Source: Mycobacterium sp. (GTDB lineage: Bacteria > Actinomycetota > Actinomycetes > Mycobacteriales > Mycobacteriaceae). Taken from it: DNA of 35,440 nt. The notes beneath the pieces are model-generated. The model saw only the letters and a list, made by a program, of their open reading frames with translations. It searched no databases and was not told the DNA's origin. The position numbers were made by a program, and so were the translations under genes. Of this stretch, positions 12,204 to 23,946 are shown one piece after another. The stretch spans positions 1 to 35,440 of the forward strand of contig DASZKQ010000475.1 in the NCBI GenBank assembly GCA_035552835.1, written 5' to 3'. The first letter of the stretch is position 1. Each line of letters starts with the position of its first letter.

Positions 12204-13016
12204 GTGCTGCTGGCAATCGACGTCCGCAACACACACACCGTTGTCGGCCTGCTCTCCGGTTCGAAGGAGCATGCGACGGTAGTGCAGCAGTGGCGGATTC
12301 GCACCGAATCCGAAGTCACCGCCGACGAACTTGCCTTGACCATTGACGGTCTGATTGGTGAGGACTCCGATCGGCTAACCGGTGCAGCCGCTCTGTCTAC
12401 GGTTCCATCGGTGCTGCACGAAGTACGGGTCATGCTCGACCAGTACTGGCCGTCGGTGCCGCATGTGCTGATCGAACCCGGGGTCCGCACCGGCATCCCG
12501 CTGCTAGTGGACAATCCGAAAGAAGTCGGTGCCGATCGGATTGTCAACTGCCTCGCGGCTTTTCAGAAGTACGGTACCGCAGCCATCGTGATCGATTTCG
12601 GCTCATCGATCTGCGTGGACGTGGTGTCCGCCAAAGGCGAGTTTCTAGGCGGCGCCATCGCGCCCGGGTTGCAGGTCTCTTCCGACGCCGCGGCGGCGCG
12701 CAACGTGCTGCGGCGGGTCGAGCTGGCCCGGCCGCGTTCCGTGGTCGGCAAGAACACCGTCGAATGCATGCAGGCGGGTGCGGTGTTCGGTTTCGCGGGG
12801 CTGGTGGATGGCCTAGTCGGCCGCGTCCGCGACGACGTGGATGGTTTCGCAGGCGACAACGTCACCGTGGTGGCCACCGGCCACACCGCGCCGCTGCTGA
12901 TGGCCGAACTGCATTCCGTCGATCACTACGACCAGCACCTGACCCTGCATGGGCTGCGGCTGGTGTTCGAACGCAACCGGGACAGCCAGCGCGGACGGCT
13001 CAAGACGGCGCGCTGA
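12204..13016 (+). CDS. coaX: Type III pantothenate kinase
   Basis: GTG 12204 start, [26 protein letters not shown] and VVATG motifs. Confidence 0.94.
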   Translation: MLLAIDVRNTHTVVGLLSGSKEHATVVQQWRIRTESEVTADELALTIDGLIGEDSDRLTGAAALSTVPSVLHEVRVMLDQYWPSVPHVLIEPGVRTGIPLLVDNPKEVGADRIVNCLAAFQKYGTAAIVIDFGSSICVDVVSAKGEFLGGAIAPGLQVSSDAAAARNVLRRVELARPRSVVGKNTVECMQAGAVFGFAGLVDGLVGRVRDDVDGFAGDNVTVVATGHTAPLLMAELHSVDHYDQHLTLHGLRLVFERNRDSQRGRLKTAR

Positions 13017-13059
13017 CCGGCAATAACGCTGGCAAGCCCATGACTTAAGCTGGCAGGTC

Positions 13060-14583
13060 GTGAACGCCGGCGACAGAGACCGTCCGCAGGACCGTCCTGA
13101 GGAAATCCCCGAGCAATTCCGGATCCGCCGGGACAAGCGTGCTCGGTTGTCGGAGCAGGGCCGCGACCCTTACCCCGTCGAAGTCGGCCGCACCCACACG
13201 CTGGCGCAGATCCGTGCCGCTCACCCCGACTTGCCCGCCGATTCGACCACCGGTGACATCGTCGGTGTCGCCGGCCGGGTGGTGTTCGCCCGCAATTCGG
13301 GAAAATTGTGTTTTGCGACACTCCAAGAAGGCGACGGCACCCAGTTGCAGGTCATGCTGAGCCTCGCCAGCGTCGGTGCGGAGGCGCTTGACGCCTGGAA
13401 AGCCGACGTGGATATCGGCGACATCGTCTGCGTGCACGGAGAGGTGATCAGCTCACGGCGCGGCGAGCTGTCGGTCCTCGGCGATAGCTGGCAGATGGCG
13501 TCCAAGGCGCTGCGGCCGCTGCCGGTGGCGCATAAGGAGATGAGCGAAGAGTCGCGGGTGCGGCAGCGCTACGTTGACCTGATCGTCCGTCCCCAGGCAC
13601 GCAGGGAGGCCCGGCTGCGGATCGCCGTCATTCGCGCGATACGGTCCGCGCTGGAGCAGCGCGGGTTTCTCGAAGTCGAGACGCCGATGTTGCAAACTTT
13701 GGCGGGGGGTGCAGCGGCCCGGCCGTTCGTCACGCACTCCAATGCTCTCGACATCGATCTGTACCTTCGGATCGCTCCGGAACTGTTCCTCAAGCGATGC
13801 GTAGTTGGTGGGTTCGACAAGGTCTTCGAACTTAATCGGGTGTTCCGAAACGAAGGAGCCGATTCCACACATTCCCCCGAATTTTCCATGTTGGAGACCT
13901 ACCAGGCGTATGGAACGTATGACGATTCGGCGGTCGTGACGCGCGAGCTTATTCAACAGGTGGCGGACGAGGCGATCGGTACTAGGCAACTGTCACTACC
14001 CGACGGCAGTGTCTATGACATCGATGGTGAATGGGCGTCGATACAAATGTATCCGTCGCTATCAGAGGCACTCGGCGAAGAGATCACACCGAACATCACT
14101 GTTGACCGCTTACGCGCGATCGCCGAGTCGCTCGGCGTCGAGGTGCCGGCCGACCGCGGGTATGGGCATGGCAAGCTGGTCGAAGAATTATGGGAGCACG
14201 CCGTCGGCGCCAGCTTGACCGCACCCACCTTTGTTCGGGATTTTCCCGTGGAGACAACGCCTTTGACGCGTCAACACCGCAGCATCCCGGGGGTTACCGA
14301 GAAGTGGGACCTGTATATACGCGGGGTCGAACTGGCCACCGGATATTCGGAATTGATCGACCCAGTGGTGCAACGAGAGAGGTTCGGTGAACAGGCGAGA
14401 GCGGCCGCGGCCGGCGATGACGAGGCGATGGTGCTCGACGAGGATTTTCTGGCCGCACTGGAGTACGCTATGCCGCCGTGCACCGGAACGGGAATGGGTA
14501 TCGATCGGTTGTTGATGGCTTTGACTGGTCTGTCAATTAGGGAGACAGTATTGTTCCCGATTGTTCGTCCGCATAGCAACTGA
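13060..14583 (+). CDS. lysS: Lysine--tRNA ligase (class II)
   Basis: [41 protein letters not shown] and GMGIDRL motifs. Confidence 0.98.
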   Translation: MNAGDRDRPQDRPEEIPEQFRIRRDKRARLSEQGRDPYPVEVGRTHTLAQIRAAHPDLPADSTTGDIVGVAGRVVFARNSGKLCFATLQEGDGTQLQVMLSLASVGAEALDAWKADVDIGDIVCVHGEVISSRRGELSVLGDSWQMASKALRPLPVAHKEMSEESRVRQRYVDLIVRPQARREARLRIAVIRAIRSALEQRGFLEVETPMLQTLAGGAAARPFVTHSNALDIDLYLRIAPELFLKRCVVGGFDKVFELNRVFRNEGADSTHSPEFSMLETYQAYGTYDDSAVVTRELIQQVADEAIGTRQLSLPDGSVYDIDGEWASIQMYPSLSEALGEEITPNITVDRLRAIAESLGVEVPADRGYGHGKLVEELWEHAVGASLTAPTFVRDFPVETTPLTRQHRSIPGVTEKWDLYIRGVELATGYSELIDPVVQRERFGEQARAAAAGDDEAMVLDEDFLAALEYAMPPCTGTGMGIDRLLMALTGLSIRETVLFPIVRPHSN

Positions 14584-14700
14584 CGTCATCTATGGCGGCG
14601 TATTGAATACCGCGCCTTCATATGGCAGATTGGTGTTCACGGGGGCGATCCAAACAACTCGCACGGTAAGTGCGCAGGAAGAAAGCGTGAGGCTCAGCCA

Positions 14701-15039
14701 ATGGCGAAGAAAGTGACCGTCACCCTGGTCGATGATTTCGACGGTGAGGGCGCCGCCGATGAAACTGTCGAATTCGGCCTCGACGGGGTGACCTATGAGA
14801 TTGACCTTTCGACCAAAAATGCCACGAAACTGCGCCACGACCTGAAGCAGTGGGTCGCAGCCGGCCGTCGGGTCGGCGGTCGCCGGCGCGGACGTTCCGG
14901 CTCCGGCCGTGGCCGCGGAGCCATCGATCGCGAGCAGAGCGCCGCGATCCGGGAATGGGCCCGTCGCAACGGGCACAACGTGTCGACGCGGGGCCGCATC
15001 CCGGCCGACGTTATCGACGCCTTCCACGCTGCAACCTGA
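14701..15039 (+). CDS. lsr2: Nucleoid-associated protein Lsr2
   Basis: [30 protein letters not shown] and the RGR AT-hook; 112 aa. Confidence 0.98.
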   Translation: MAKKVTVTLVDDFDGEGAADETVEFGLDGVTYEIDLSTKNATKLRHDLKQWVAAGRRVGGRRRGRSGSGRGRGAIDREQSAAIREWARRNGHNVSTRGRIPADVIDAFHAAT

Positions 15040-15069
15040 CCAGAGGACCAACACACGCCGATACAGAAG

Positions 15070-15107
15070 AGTCGGACCAGCACCGAACGCGGGCTGGTCC
15101 GGCTTTT
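15070..15107 (+). terminator. Intrinsic terminator-like hairpin after lsr2
   Basis: agtcggaccagc pairs with gctggtccggct, running into a short T tract. Confidence 0.6.
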
Positions 15108-15120
15108 CGCTGGTGGCGAA
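15106..15120. promoter_or_regulatory. ClgR operator upstream of clpC1
   Basis: Palindrome TTCGC-tggtg-GCGAA matches the actinobacterial ClgR CGC-N5-GCG box. Confidence 0.7.
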
Positions 15121-15139
15121 CTGAACACCCACCCGGCCG

Positions 15140-15166
15140 GGAACGGTTTAGCCGGTTTACCGCGTT
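15140..15166 (+). promoter_or_regulatory. SigH/SigE-type promoter for clpC1
   Basis: GGAAC-N18-CGTT just downstream of the ClgR box. Confidence 0.6.
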
Positions 15167-15334
15167 GCATTCATTACGGCTCTGATGTAGCCGGGCATAT
15201 AGCGATGGCATTACCGACCGCAAAGTAGGAAGCCTGGCGAGCCGCCCATTACAGTGGATGGCAGGTACGCAAGTGTCGGCCCCTGTGCCGATAATGACGG
15301 AGTACCGATGGTGAGGGAGAGCAGGTAACCACCG

Positions 15335-17887
<2,553 letters not shown>

Positions 17888-17895
17888 CCGCCTGC

Positions 17896-17953
17896 CGAGT
17901 GGCCAGTTAAGGCACGCTTCTTTCAGAAGTTTCGTGTCATGACTGGCCACTCG
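17896..17953. repeat. Long imperfect palindrome (REP-like element or bidirectional terminator) between convergent clpC1 and lpqF
   Basis: cgagtggccagt (17896-17907) is the exact reverse complement of actggccactcg (17942-17953); pairing continues inward (ggcacg/cgtgtc, cttc/gaag). Confidence 0.7.
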
Positions 17954-17967
17954 TGCTTGCGGCGGAT

Positions 17968-19332
17968 TCAGCGCTGCGCGGGTAGCAGCGCGAAGACCTG
18001 TTTTGCGATCTGCAGCATCCAGCCGGTCACGCTCGGCCCGTGGTCACGCGGCCAATTCAGCTGGAAACTCACCACCCACGGCTGTCCTGTCCGGTCGACG
18101 GCATACCAGCTGAACGTCAGGTCACCCGGCAGGCCACCGGCTTTCGCGCCGATGTACGGCCATTCGCGTCGATCCAAGTTGATACCCGGTGCAGCCGACA
18201 AGATCTGTTTGACGGGCGCGGCTTTGCCTACCGCGCCGGCCTGCAGCGCCGCATGCACCCGGCAGATATCCTCGGCGCTGCCATACCATTCCGCACCGTA
18301 GCCTGAGGCCGGAACGTGGGCGCGCTTCGGATCCGGTTGATAGACACGCGAATTGGCTTGTTGAAGCAATTGCTCCCGAGCCTGCGGCGTGGCCCGCTTC
18401 CATTCCTCGCGCATATCCGGCTGCCCCCAAGCGACCGAGAACAACTCGTACATGGTCGGGAAGGGTGTCATGGCGGCCGGGTCGTGATGACCGGCCTCGG
18501 CCAACGCACTCTCGACGGCCTGAGTGCCGACCTTTCCGATCAGCATGTCGGTGGCCATGTTGTCGCTGGTGGCAATCATTTTCTCGGCGGCGGTTCGCAC
18601 CGAAATACGCGCTCCCACCGGCAAATCCATTCCCGAGCCGACCGCCTTACCCTTCTCGGTGACGGTCAGCTGGTCGCCCCAGGACACCTTTCCGGCCTTG
18701 ACCGCATCCGCTACGGCGTAGAGCACATACAGCTTGAAGATCGACGCCAACGGGAGTGGCTGCGCGGTATTGGTGCCGGCGATCCGATCGCATTGCCCGT
18801 CGTTGACCTTGGCGACCTGCCACGAGTAGCGGGCGTCGGTCTTGCCCAGTGCGGTATCGATGTCACGCCAGGAGGAGATCGTCGGCGGTTGCGTGGTGAC
18901 CTCGAACCCGTCAACCAATGTGTCGTCGCCGGTATGTATCCGGATGTCTTGCCGCCCACCGTAGGACGTGATCAGCTGCAGTGTGCCTGTGCCCGCCTTG
19001 AGGTCGACTCCGCTCAGGGTGAACGGGCGGTCCCACCAGAGTGCTTCCATGCTGGCCTCGACCGGCTTGATCATGTCGGCCGTGGCGAGGGTGGCGACTC
19101 CGATCGGGCCGATCGGCCAGTCGGAGTTGAGCATGTCGAGGGTCTGCTGGGCCCGCAGACCGGCAGGAGTCCTCATGTCGATCCGCGCGCCGGCGCCCGA
19201 TGCGTGGGCGGACGGGGCCGGTGGCGGGGCGCAACCCTGGGCCAGGGCGCTGACCAGCGTGGCGGCGGCCGTCAATGCCGCGACGCGGTGCCGGACCTGG
19301 CGCGGGCTGGGCCTACTGGCCCGATCCGGCAA
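17968..19332 (-). CDS. lpqF: Lipoprotein LpqF (serine hydrolase/beta-lactamase-like)
   Basis: Lipobox LAQGC, SxxK (SIFK), SDN and KAG motifs. Start uncertain; TTG 19332 chosen. Confidence 0.88.
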   Translation of the reverse strand: MPDRASRPSPRQVRHRVAALTAAATLVSALAQGCAPPPAPSAHASGAGARIDMRTPAGLRAQQTLDMLNSDWPIGPIGVATLATADMIKPVEASMEALWWDRPFTLSGVDLKAGTGTLQLITSYGGRQDIRIHTGDDTLVDGFEVTTQPPTISSWRDIDTALGKTDARYSWQVAKVNDGQCDRIAGTNTAQPLPLASIFKLYVLYAVADAVKAGKVSWGDQLTVTEKGKAVGSGMDLPVGARISVRTAAEKMIATSDNMATDMLIGKVGTQAVESALAEAGHHDPAAMTPFPTMYELFSVAWGQPDMREEWKRATPQAREQLLQQANSRVYQPDPKRAHVPASGYGAEWYGSAEDICRVHAALQAGAVGKAAPVKQILSAAPGINLDRREWPYIGAKAGGLPGDLTFSWYAVDRTGQPWVVSFQLNWPRDHGPSVTGWMLQIAKQVFALLPAQR

Positions 19333-19624
19333 CGTCCAACACAACCTCGAATTCCAGCAGTGAGGCGCCGGTCGCCACCGGGTTAGCCCGGTGGCCGGCG
19401 TGGGCTTCGATAGCCGGCCCGGATGCCCACGCCTGGAATGCCTCTTCCGACTCCCACTGCGTCACCACGAAGTAGCGGTCTTCGCCCTTGATCGGGCGAA
19501 GCAGTTGAAAGCCGAGGAAGCCCGGCGAGTTCTCGACCGCGTGCGCGCGATGAGCGAACCGCTTCTCCAATTCGGGGCCTGCGTCCGCGGGAACCTCGAT
19601 TGCGTTGATCTTCACCACTGGCAT
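19313..19624 (-). CDS. mhuD: Mycobilin-forming heme oxygenase MhuD
   Basis: MPVVKINAIEVP..GPELEKRFAHRAHAVENSPGFLGFQLLRP..YFVVT.WESEEAFQAW..AH (ABM fold). Confidence 0.95.
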   Translation of the reverse strand: MPVVKINAIEVPADAGPELEKRFAHRAHAVENSPGFLGFQLLRPIKGEDRYFVVTQWESEEAFQAWASGPAIEAHAGHRANPVATGASLLEFEVVLDVAGSGQ

Positions 19625-19648
19625 GCCGTTAGGCTACCGTGCCGCTCC

Positions 19649-20407
19649 ATGGCGGCCGATCTGCTCACCCATCGTGGTGGGAGAGGTGACCCGGTGGTCT
19701 TGGTGCACGGCCTGATGGGCCGCGGCAGTACCTGGCCGCGGCAAGTGCCGTGGCTGACCGGGCTGGGAGCTGTCTACACCTACGACGCGCCCTGGCACCG
19801 CGGCCGTGACGTGGACGATCCCTACCCGATCAGCACCGAACGATTTGTGGCCGACCTGGGCGATGCGGTGGTTGCGCTCGGCGCGCCCGTACGGTTGGTC
19901 GGGCATTCCATGGGCGCCCTGCACTCCTGGTGCTTGGCCGCCGAGCGTCCCGACCTGGTCTCCGCGCTGGTGGTCGAAGACATGGCACCGGACTTCCGGG
20001 GCCGCACCACCGGACCGTGGGAGCCGTGGCTGCATAACCTGCCTGTCGAATTCGGCTCTGCAGAGCAGGTATTCGCCGAGTTCGGCTCAGTCGCCGGCCA
20101 GTACTTCCTGGAGGCGTTCGATCGCACTCCCACTGGTTGGCGGCTGCATGGTCACACCTCTCGGTGGATCGAGATCGCAGCAGAATGGGGCACCCGCGAC
20201 TACTGGGCGCAGTGGCAAGCGGTGCGGTCGCCCGTACTGCTGATTGAGGCCGGCAATTCGGTCACTCCTTTAGGTCAGATGCGTTCGATGAACGAAACCG
20301 GTGACCGGGCAGAGTATTTGCATGTACCCCGCGCAGGCCACTTGGTTCACGACGAGGCGCCCCTGATTTATCGGCGGGCGGTGGAATCGTTTTTGGCCGC
20401 GTCGTAG
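19649..20407 (+). CDS. Alpha/beta hydrolase (Rv3591c-like)
   Basis: HGLMG, GHSMG nucleophile elbow and AGHLVH; ATG 19649. Confidence 0.9.
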   Translation: MAADLLTHRGGRGDPVVLVHGLMGRGSTWPRQVPWLTGLGAVYTYDAPWHRGRDVDDPYPISTERFVADLGDAVVALGAPVRLVGHSMGALHSWCLAAERPDLVSALVVEDMAPDFRGRTTGPWEPWLHNLPVEFGSAEQVFAEFGSVAGQYFLEAFDRTPTGWRLHGHTSRWIEIAAEWGTRDYWAQWQAVRSPVLLIEAGNSVTPLGQMRSMNETGDRAEYLHVPRAGHLVHDEAPLIYRRAVESFLAAS

Positions 20408-20414
20408 CCCGTCT

Positions 20415-21323
20415 TTAGCCCGCTTCGCCGACCAACGCGAACCGCCCATCGGACGTCTGTTTCACCAGGCCATCGGCAAGCAGTGAATTCAGCGCTCGTT
20501 CGCGCTGGTCGGTATCCGTGAGCCAAGCGAGGTCCAGCTCGGCACGGGTGACCGGGAATTCATTGTCGCGCAAGACATCCAACAGCCGACCGCGGACCTG
20601 CCGGTCTGTTCCGGCGTAGGCCTGCGGGCGACGTGCCGGACCCGGCGCGGGCGGGTAGCCGGCCTGCCGCCATCGGCAGCCACTCAGTGGGCACAGGCCA
20701 CATCGCGGCGTGCGCGCGGTGCACACGGTAGCGCCGAGTTCCATCAGCGCCGCTGAAAACCGGTGCGCCGAACCATCATTAGGCAGCAACGCGGATACGT
20801 CGGCGTGGTCACGAACCGTCGACGCCGCGGCAGCGTCCGCGCGGCCATGCACAACGCGAGCCACCACCCGGCGGACATTGGTGTCGACCACTGGTACCGG
20901 CTGCTGGTAGGCGAAGCACGCCACTGCACAGGCGGTGTAGCTGCCGACACCCGGCAGCGTCAGCAGGATCTCGACGTCGTCGGGAACCACGTCACCGTAG
21001 TCATGGGCGATCACGGTCGCGCACTCGTGCAGGCGCTTGGCCCGCCGTGGGTAGCCCAGCTTGCCCCAAGCGCGCACGATGTCTGCGGCGCTGGCCGCCG
21101 CCGTCGCCGATGCCGTCGGCCACCGCACCACCCAGTCGCGCCAGATCGGCAGCACCCGCGACACCGGCGTCTGCTGCAACATGAACTCGCTGACCAGGAT
21201 TTGCCACGGGGTTACACCGGGATCTCGCCACGGCAGGTCGCGTCGCGACCGGTCGTACCAGTCGAGAAGTTCATTTGGCGTTGGTGAGAGCTTCATGGCT
21301 GGCTGCGGCAGAATGTGCGGCAT
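20415..21323 (-). CDS. mutY: A/G-specific adenine glycosylase
   Basis: RDLPWR, SEFMLQQT, LGYPRRA, HhH LPGVG.YTA, VDTNVRR and an FeS Cys cluster. Start is 21323 (MPHIL) or 21296. Confidence 0.93.
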   Translation of the reverse strand: MPHILPQPAMKLSPTPNELLDWYDRSRRDLPWRDPGVTPWQILVSEFMLQQTPVSRVLPIWRDWVVRWPTASATAAASAADIVRAWGKLGYPRRAKRLHECATVIAHDYGDVVPDDVEILLTLPGVGSYTACAVACFAYQQPVPVVDTNVRRVVARVVHGRADAAAASTVRDHADVSALLPNDGSAHRFSAALMELGATVCTARTPRCGLCPLSGCRWRQAGYPPAPGPARRPQAYAGTDRQVRGRLLDVLRDNEFPVTRAELDLAWLTDTDQRERALNSLLADGLVKQTSDGRFALVGEAG

Positions 21324-21945
21324 GCCCAATACCAATCCGGTAACCGCGTGGAAAGCACTCAAAGAGGGTAACGAGCGGTTCGTCGCCGGCCAGCCTGAGC
21401 ATCCGAGCCAGAGCGTCGAGCACCGAGCCAGCCTGGCTAAAGGTCAGAAGCCCACTGTGGCGCTCTTCGGCTGTGGCGACAGCCGGGTGGCCGCCGAGCT
21501 CATCTTCGATCAGGGCCTTGGTGACATGTTCGTGGTCCGGACGGCCGGGCACGTGATCGACTCCGCGGTATTGGGCTCGATCGAATTTGCGGTGGCGGTA
21601 CTCGGCGTGCCACTGATCGTGGTACTCGGCCATGACAGCTGCGGCGCGGTGAAGGCGACGCTGGCTGCGCTCGACGACGGTGTGCTGCCCGGCGGTTATG
21701 TACGCGACGTCATCGAGCGGGTGACCCCGTCGATTCTGCTGGGCCGCCGCGAAGGTTTGCAACGGGCAGACGAATTCGAGGCGCGCCACGTGGTCGAGAC
21801 CGGCACTCAGCTGCTGGCCCGCTCGACGGTGATTGCCGAGAAGGTGGCCGCTGGTGAGCTCGCAATCGTCGGCGCCACCTATCACCTCGCCAAGGGGGAG
21901 GTTGTGCTGCGCAAGGTGATCGGCGACGTCGGAGAAGAGCCCTAA
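21322..21945 (+). CDS. canB: Beta-class carbonic anhydrase
   Basis: MPNTNPVTAWKALKEGNERF, CGDSRV, GDMFVVRTAG and GHDSCGA zinc ligands; 207 aa. Confidence 0.95.
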   Translation: MPNTNPVTAWKALKEGNERFVAGQPEHPSQSVEHRASLAKGQKPTVALFGCGDSRVAAELIFDQGLGDMFVVRTAGHVIDSAVLGSIEFAVAVLGVPLIVVLGHDSCGAVKATLAALDDGVLPGGYVRDVIERVTPSILLGRREGLQRADEFEARHVVETGTQLLARSTVIAEKVAAGELAIVGATYHLAKGEVVLRKVIGDVGEEP

Positions 21946-22606
21946 GCCGGATACCGCGGTGTGACGACGCCGTGGTCATATGCGTAGACGATGGCCGCGG
22001 CTCGGTCCCGCAGGTCCAGCTTGATGAAGATGCGCCCGATGTGACTTTTCACGGTCAACTCGGAAATGCATAGCTCCTCAGCGATTTCGGCGTTGGAGCG
22101 GCCCTGGCCGATCAGCCTGAGCACGTCGCGTTCTCGTGCGGTGACTTCGGCCACGGTGTCGGATCGATGTTCGCCCGCGACGCGCCGATAAGTGGTCAGT
22201 ACCCGGGAAGTGACCGCCGGGTCGAGGTACTGTCGCCCTGGGCGACCGCGTGCACCGCGCGGATCAGCTCCTCTGCCGATGAGTCCTTGAGCACGAACCC
22301 CGACGCGCCTGCCCGTAGTGCGCCGGACAGCAACTCGTCGTCGTTGAAGGTGGTCAGCGCCAGCACCGGCGGAGAACCGGGTGCGGAAAGTCTGCGGGTG
22401 GCTTCGATACCGTCGACCCGTTTCATCCGCAGGTCCATCACCACCACGTCCGGGTGATGCTCGGCCACCGCGTCGGCAACCTCGTCGCCGTCAGTGCATT
22501 CGGCGACGATGTTGAATCCGTCCTTGCGGCGCAGTATTCGTCGCAGCCCGGAGCGGACGAGGTCTTGATCGTCGACCAGGAGCACGGAAATCTCGGCGGT
22601 GTCCAT
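21942..22606 (-). pseudogene. NarL/LuxR-family response regulator with a 1-bp frameshift (or a sequencing error)
   Basis: Receiver domain (LLVDDQ, MDLRM, LTTF, FVLKD) in 22196-22606 and LuxR HTH (TARERDVL..GRSNAEIA..TVKSH) in 21942-22154 are in different frames. One base inserted at 22229/22230 restores GDxYLDPAVTSRVL. Confidence 0.85.
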
Positions 22607-22607
22607 C

Positions 22608-23813
22608 TCAGAGCGGACACCGCCGCGAACTCGGGTTCGGGTCGGTTAACGGAATTTCGGCGCGCACCGACCACCCCTCGCGGCTCGGCCCTACGTCGAG
22701 CACGCCGCCGAGCAATTCGACTCGTTGACGCATTCCGGCTAGTCCACGTCCATCCTGCGACGCCGGGCCGGCGGCCACTGCGACCGGCACTTCGTTGAGG
22801 ATGGAGAGCACCGCCGTAGATGTCGAAACCCGTAGGTTGACAATAGCTTTGGAGGCAGGCGCATGTTTGGCTATGTTGGCCAGCGACTCCTGGGTGATGC
22901 GGTAGAGTGCCAGACCGACCGCTGCCGATACCCCGGCCTGCTCGCCTTCGGTGTGCAGCGTGACAGCCAGACCGGCCTGGACGAAATCGTCGATGAGGTC
23001 GCCGATGTCGGCGATACCGGGTTCCGGGGCAATCTTGGCCGGACCGGCGTCGAGCAGCCCGACCGTGCGGCGGATATCGGCCATTGCCTGGCGTCCCAAC
23101 CGTTCAGCGTCGGTCAGCGCGACGACCGCGTCGTCGACATCTCGATCTTGTTGTAATGCGTGACGTGCGCCGGTCACATGCAACAACGTGACCGACAGCG
23201 AATGCGCGATGACGTCGTGTACCTCGCGCGCGATGCGTCGCCGCTCGTCGACGGCCGCGTGCTGGGCCAGATTGGCCTGCATTTCCTGCTGTTTGACCAA
23301 CAACTGCGCCTGGGTTCGCACCAGATAGCCCACCAGCCAGCCCAGCGCGAGGACGCTGAGGTACATCGTGAGCATGCCGAGCCGGTGCGCCGCAGTTGCC
23401 GCGATGAGCAGTGCCGCGGCCGATGCGGCCGCGAGTGCTCCGTACACCGGCTGGGTCTGCGACCCAACCATTCCTGCCAGCAGCACAAGGAGTAGCGGGG
23501 CGAAATCGCTGGCAACGGGTGTCGAGGTCGCGAACAACAGAATTGCGGCTGCGATCCACGCCGTTATCCAGACCAGGGCCGGACTGAACTTGAGCCCAGA
23601 GACCAAGAACAACAGGAACGGCGCAGTCGCCAGTGCGGCCGCGATCAGAGCCGCCGGCAGGTCGGTCTGGGGGCGCTGCACGATTGACGCCACCACAATG
23701 AGGACCATAGTGGCGTCGGTGACCAGGACGGTCGCCCAGGAGTGGCCGACGGGGATCAGGTCACCGCGCCGTTGGATCAGATCACGCACATGTTCGGATG
23801 TCACGCGCAACAT
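22608..23813 (-). CDS. Membrane sensor histidine kinase (HisKA_3 type)
   Basis: About six N-terminal TM segments, ERRRIAREVHDVIAHSLS H-box, QESLANIAKHA N-box and GRGLAGMRQR G-box. TACGAT lies 6 nt before ATG 23813. Confidence 0.92.
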   Translation of the reverse strand: MLRVTSEHVRDLIQRRGDLIPVGHSWATVLVTDATMVLIVVASIVQRPQTDLPAALIAAALATAPFLLFLVSGLKFSPALVWITAWIAAAILLFATSTPVASDFAPLLLVLLAGMVGSQTQPVYGALAAASAAALLIAATAAHRLGMLTMYLSVLALGWLVGYLVRTQAQLLVKQQEMQANLAQHAAVDERRRIAREVHDVIAHSLSVTLLHVTGARHALQQDRDVDDAVVALTDAERLGRQAMADIRRTVGLLDAGPAKIAPEPGIADIGDLIDDFVQAGLAVTLHTEGEQAGVSAAVGLALYRITQESLANIAKHAPASKAIVNLRVSTSTAVLSILNEVPVAVAAGPASQDGRGLAGMRQRVELLGGVLDVGPSREGWSVRAEIPLTDPNPSSRRCPL

Positions 23814-23946
23814 CGGCTCATCGTAGAAGGGACCGGCACCGCACACATCCTGCCTCGGGCGGACTTCGACTCCGACCGTAGTAGGAGGCCGAAAACCGGA
23901 CTGCGGCATGATGTCGAGGCCACCAAACTTTCCTAGCGTCGTTGAC

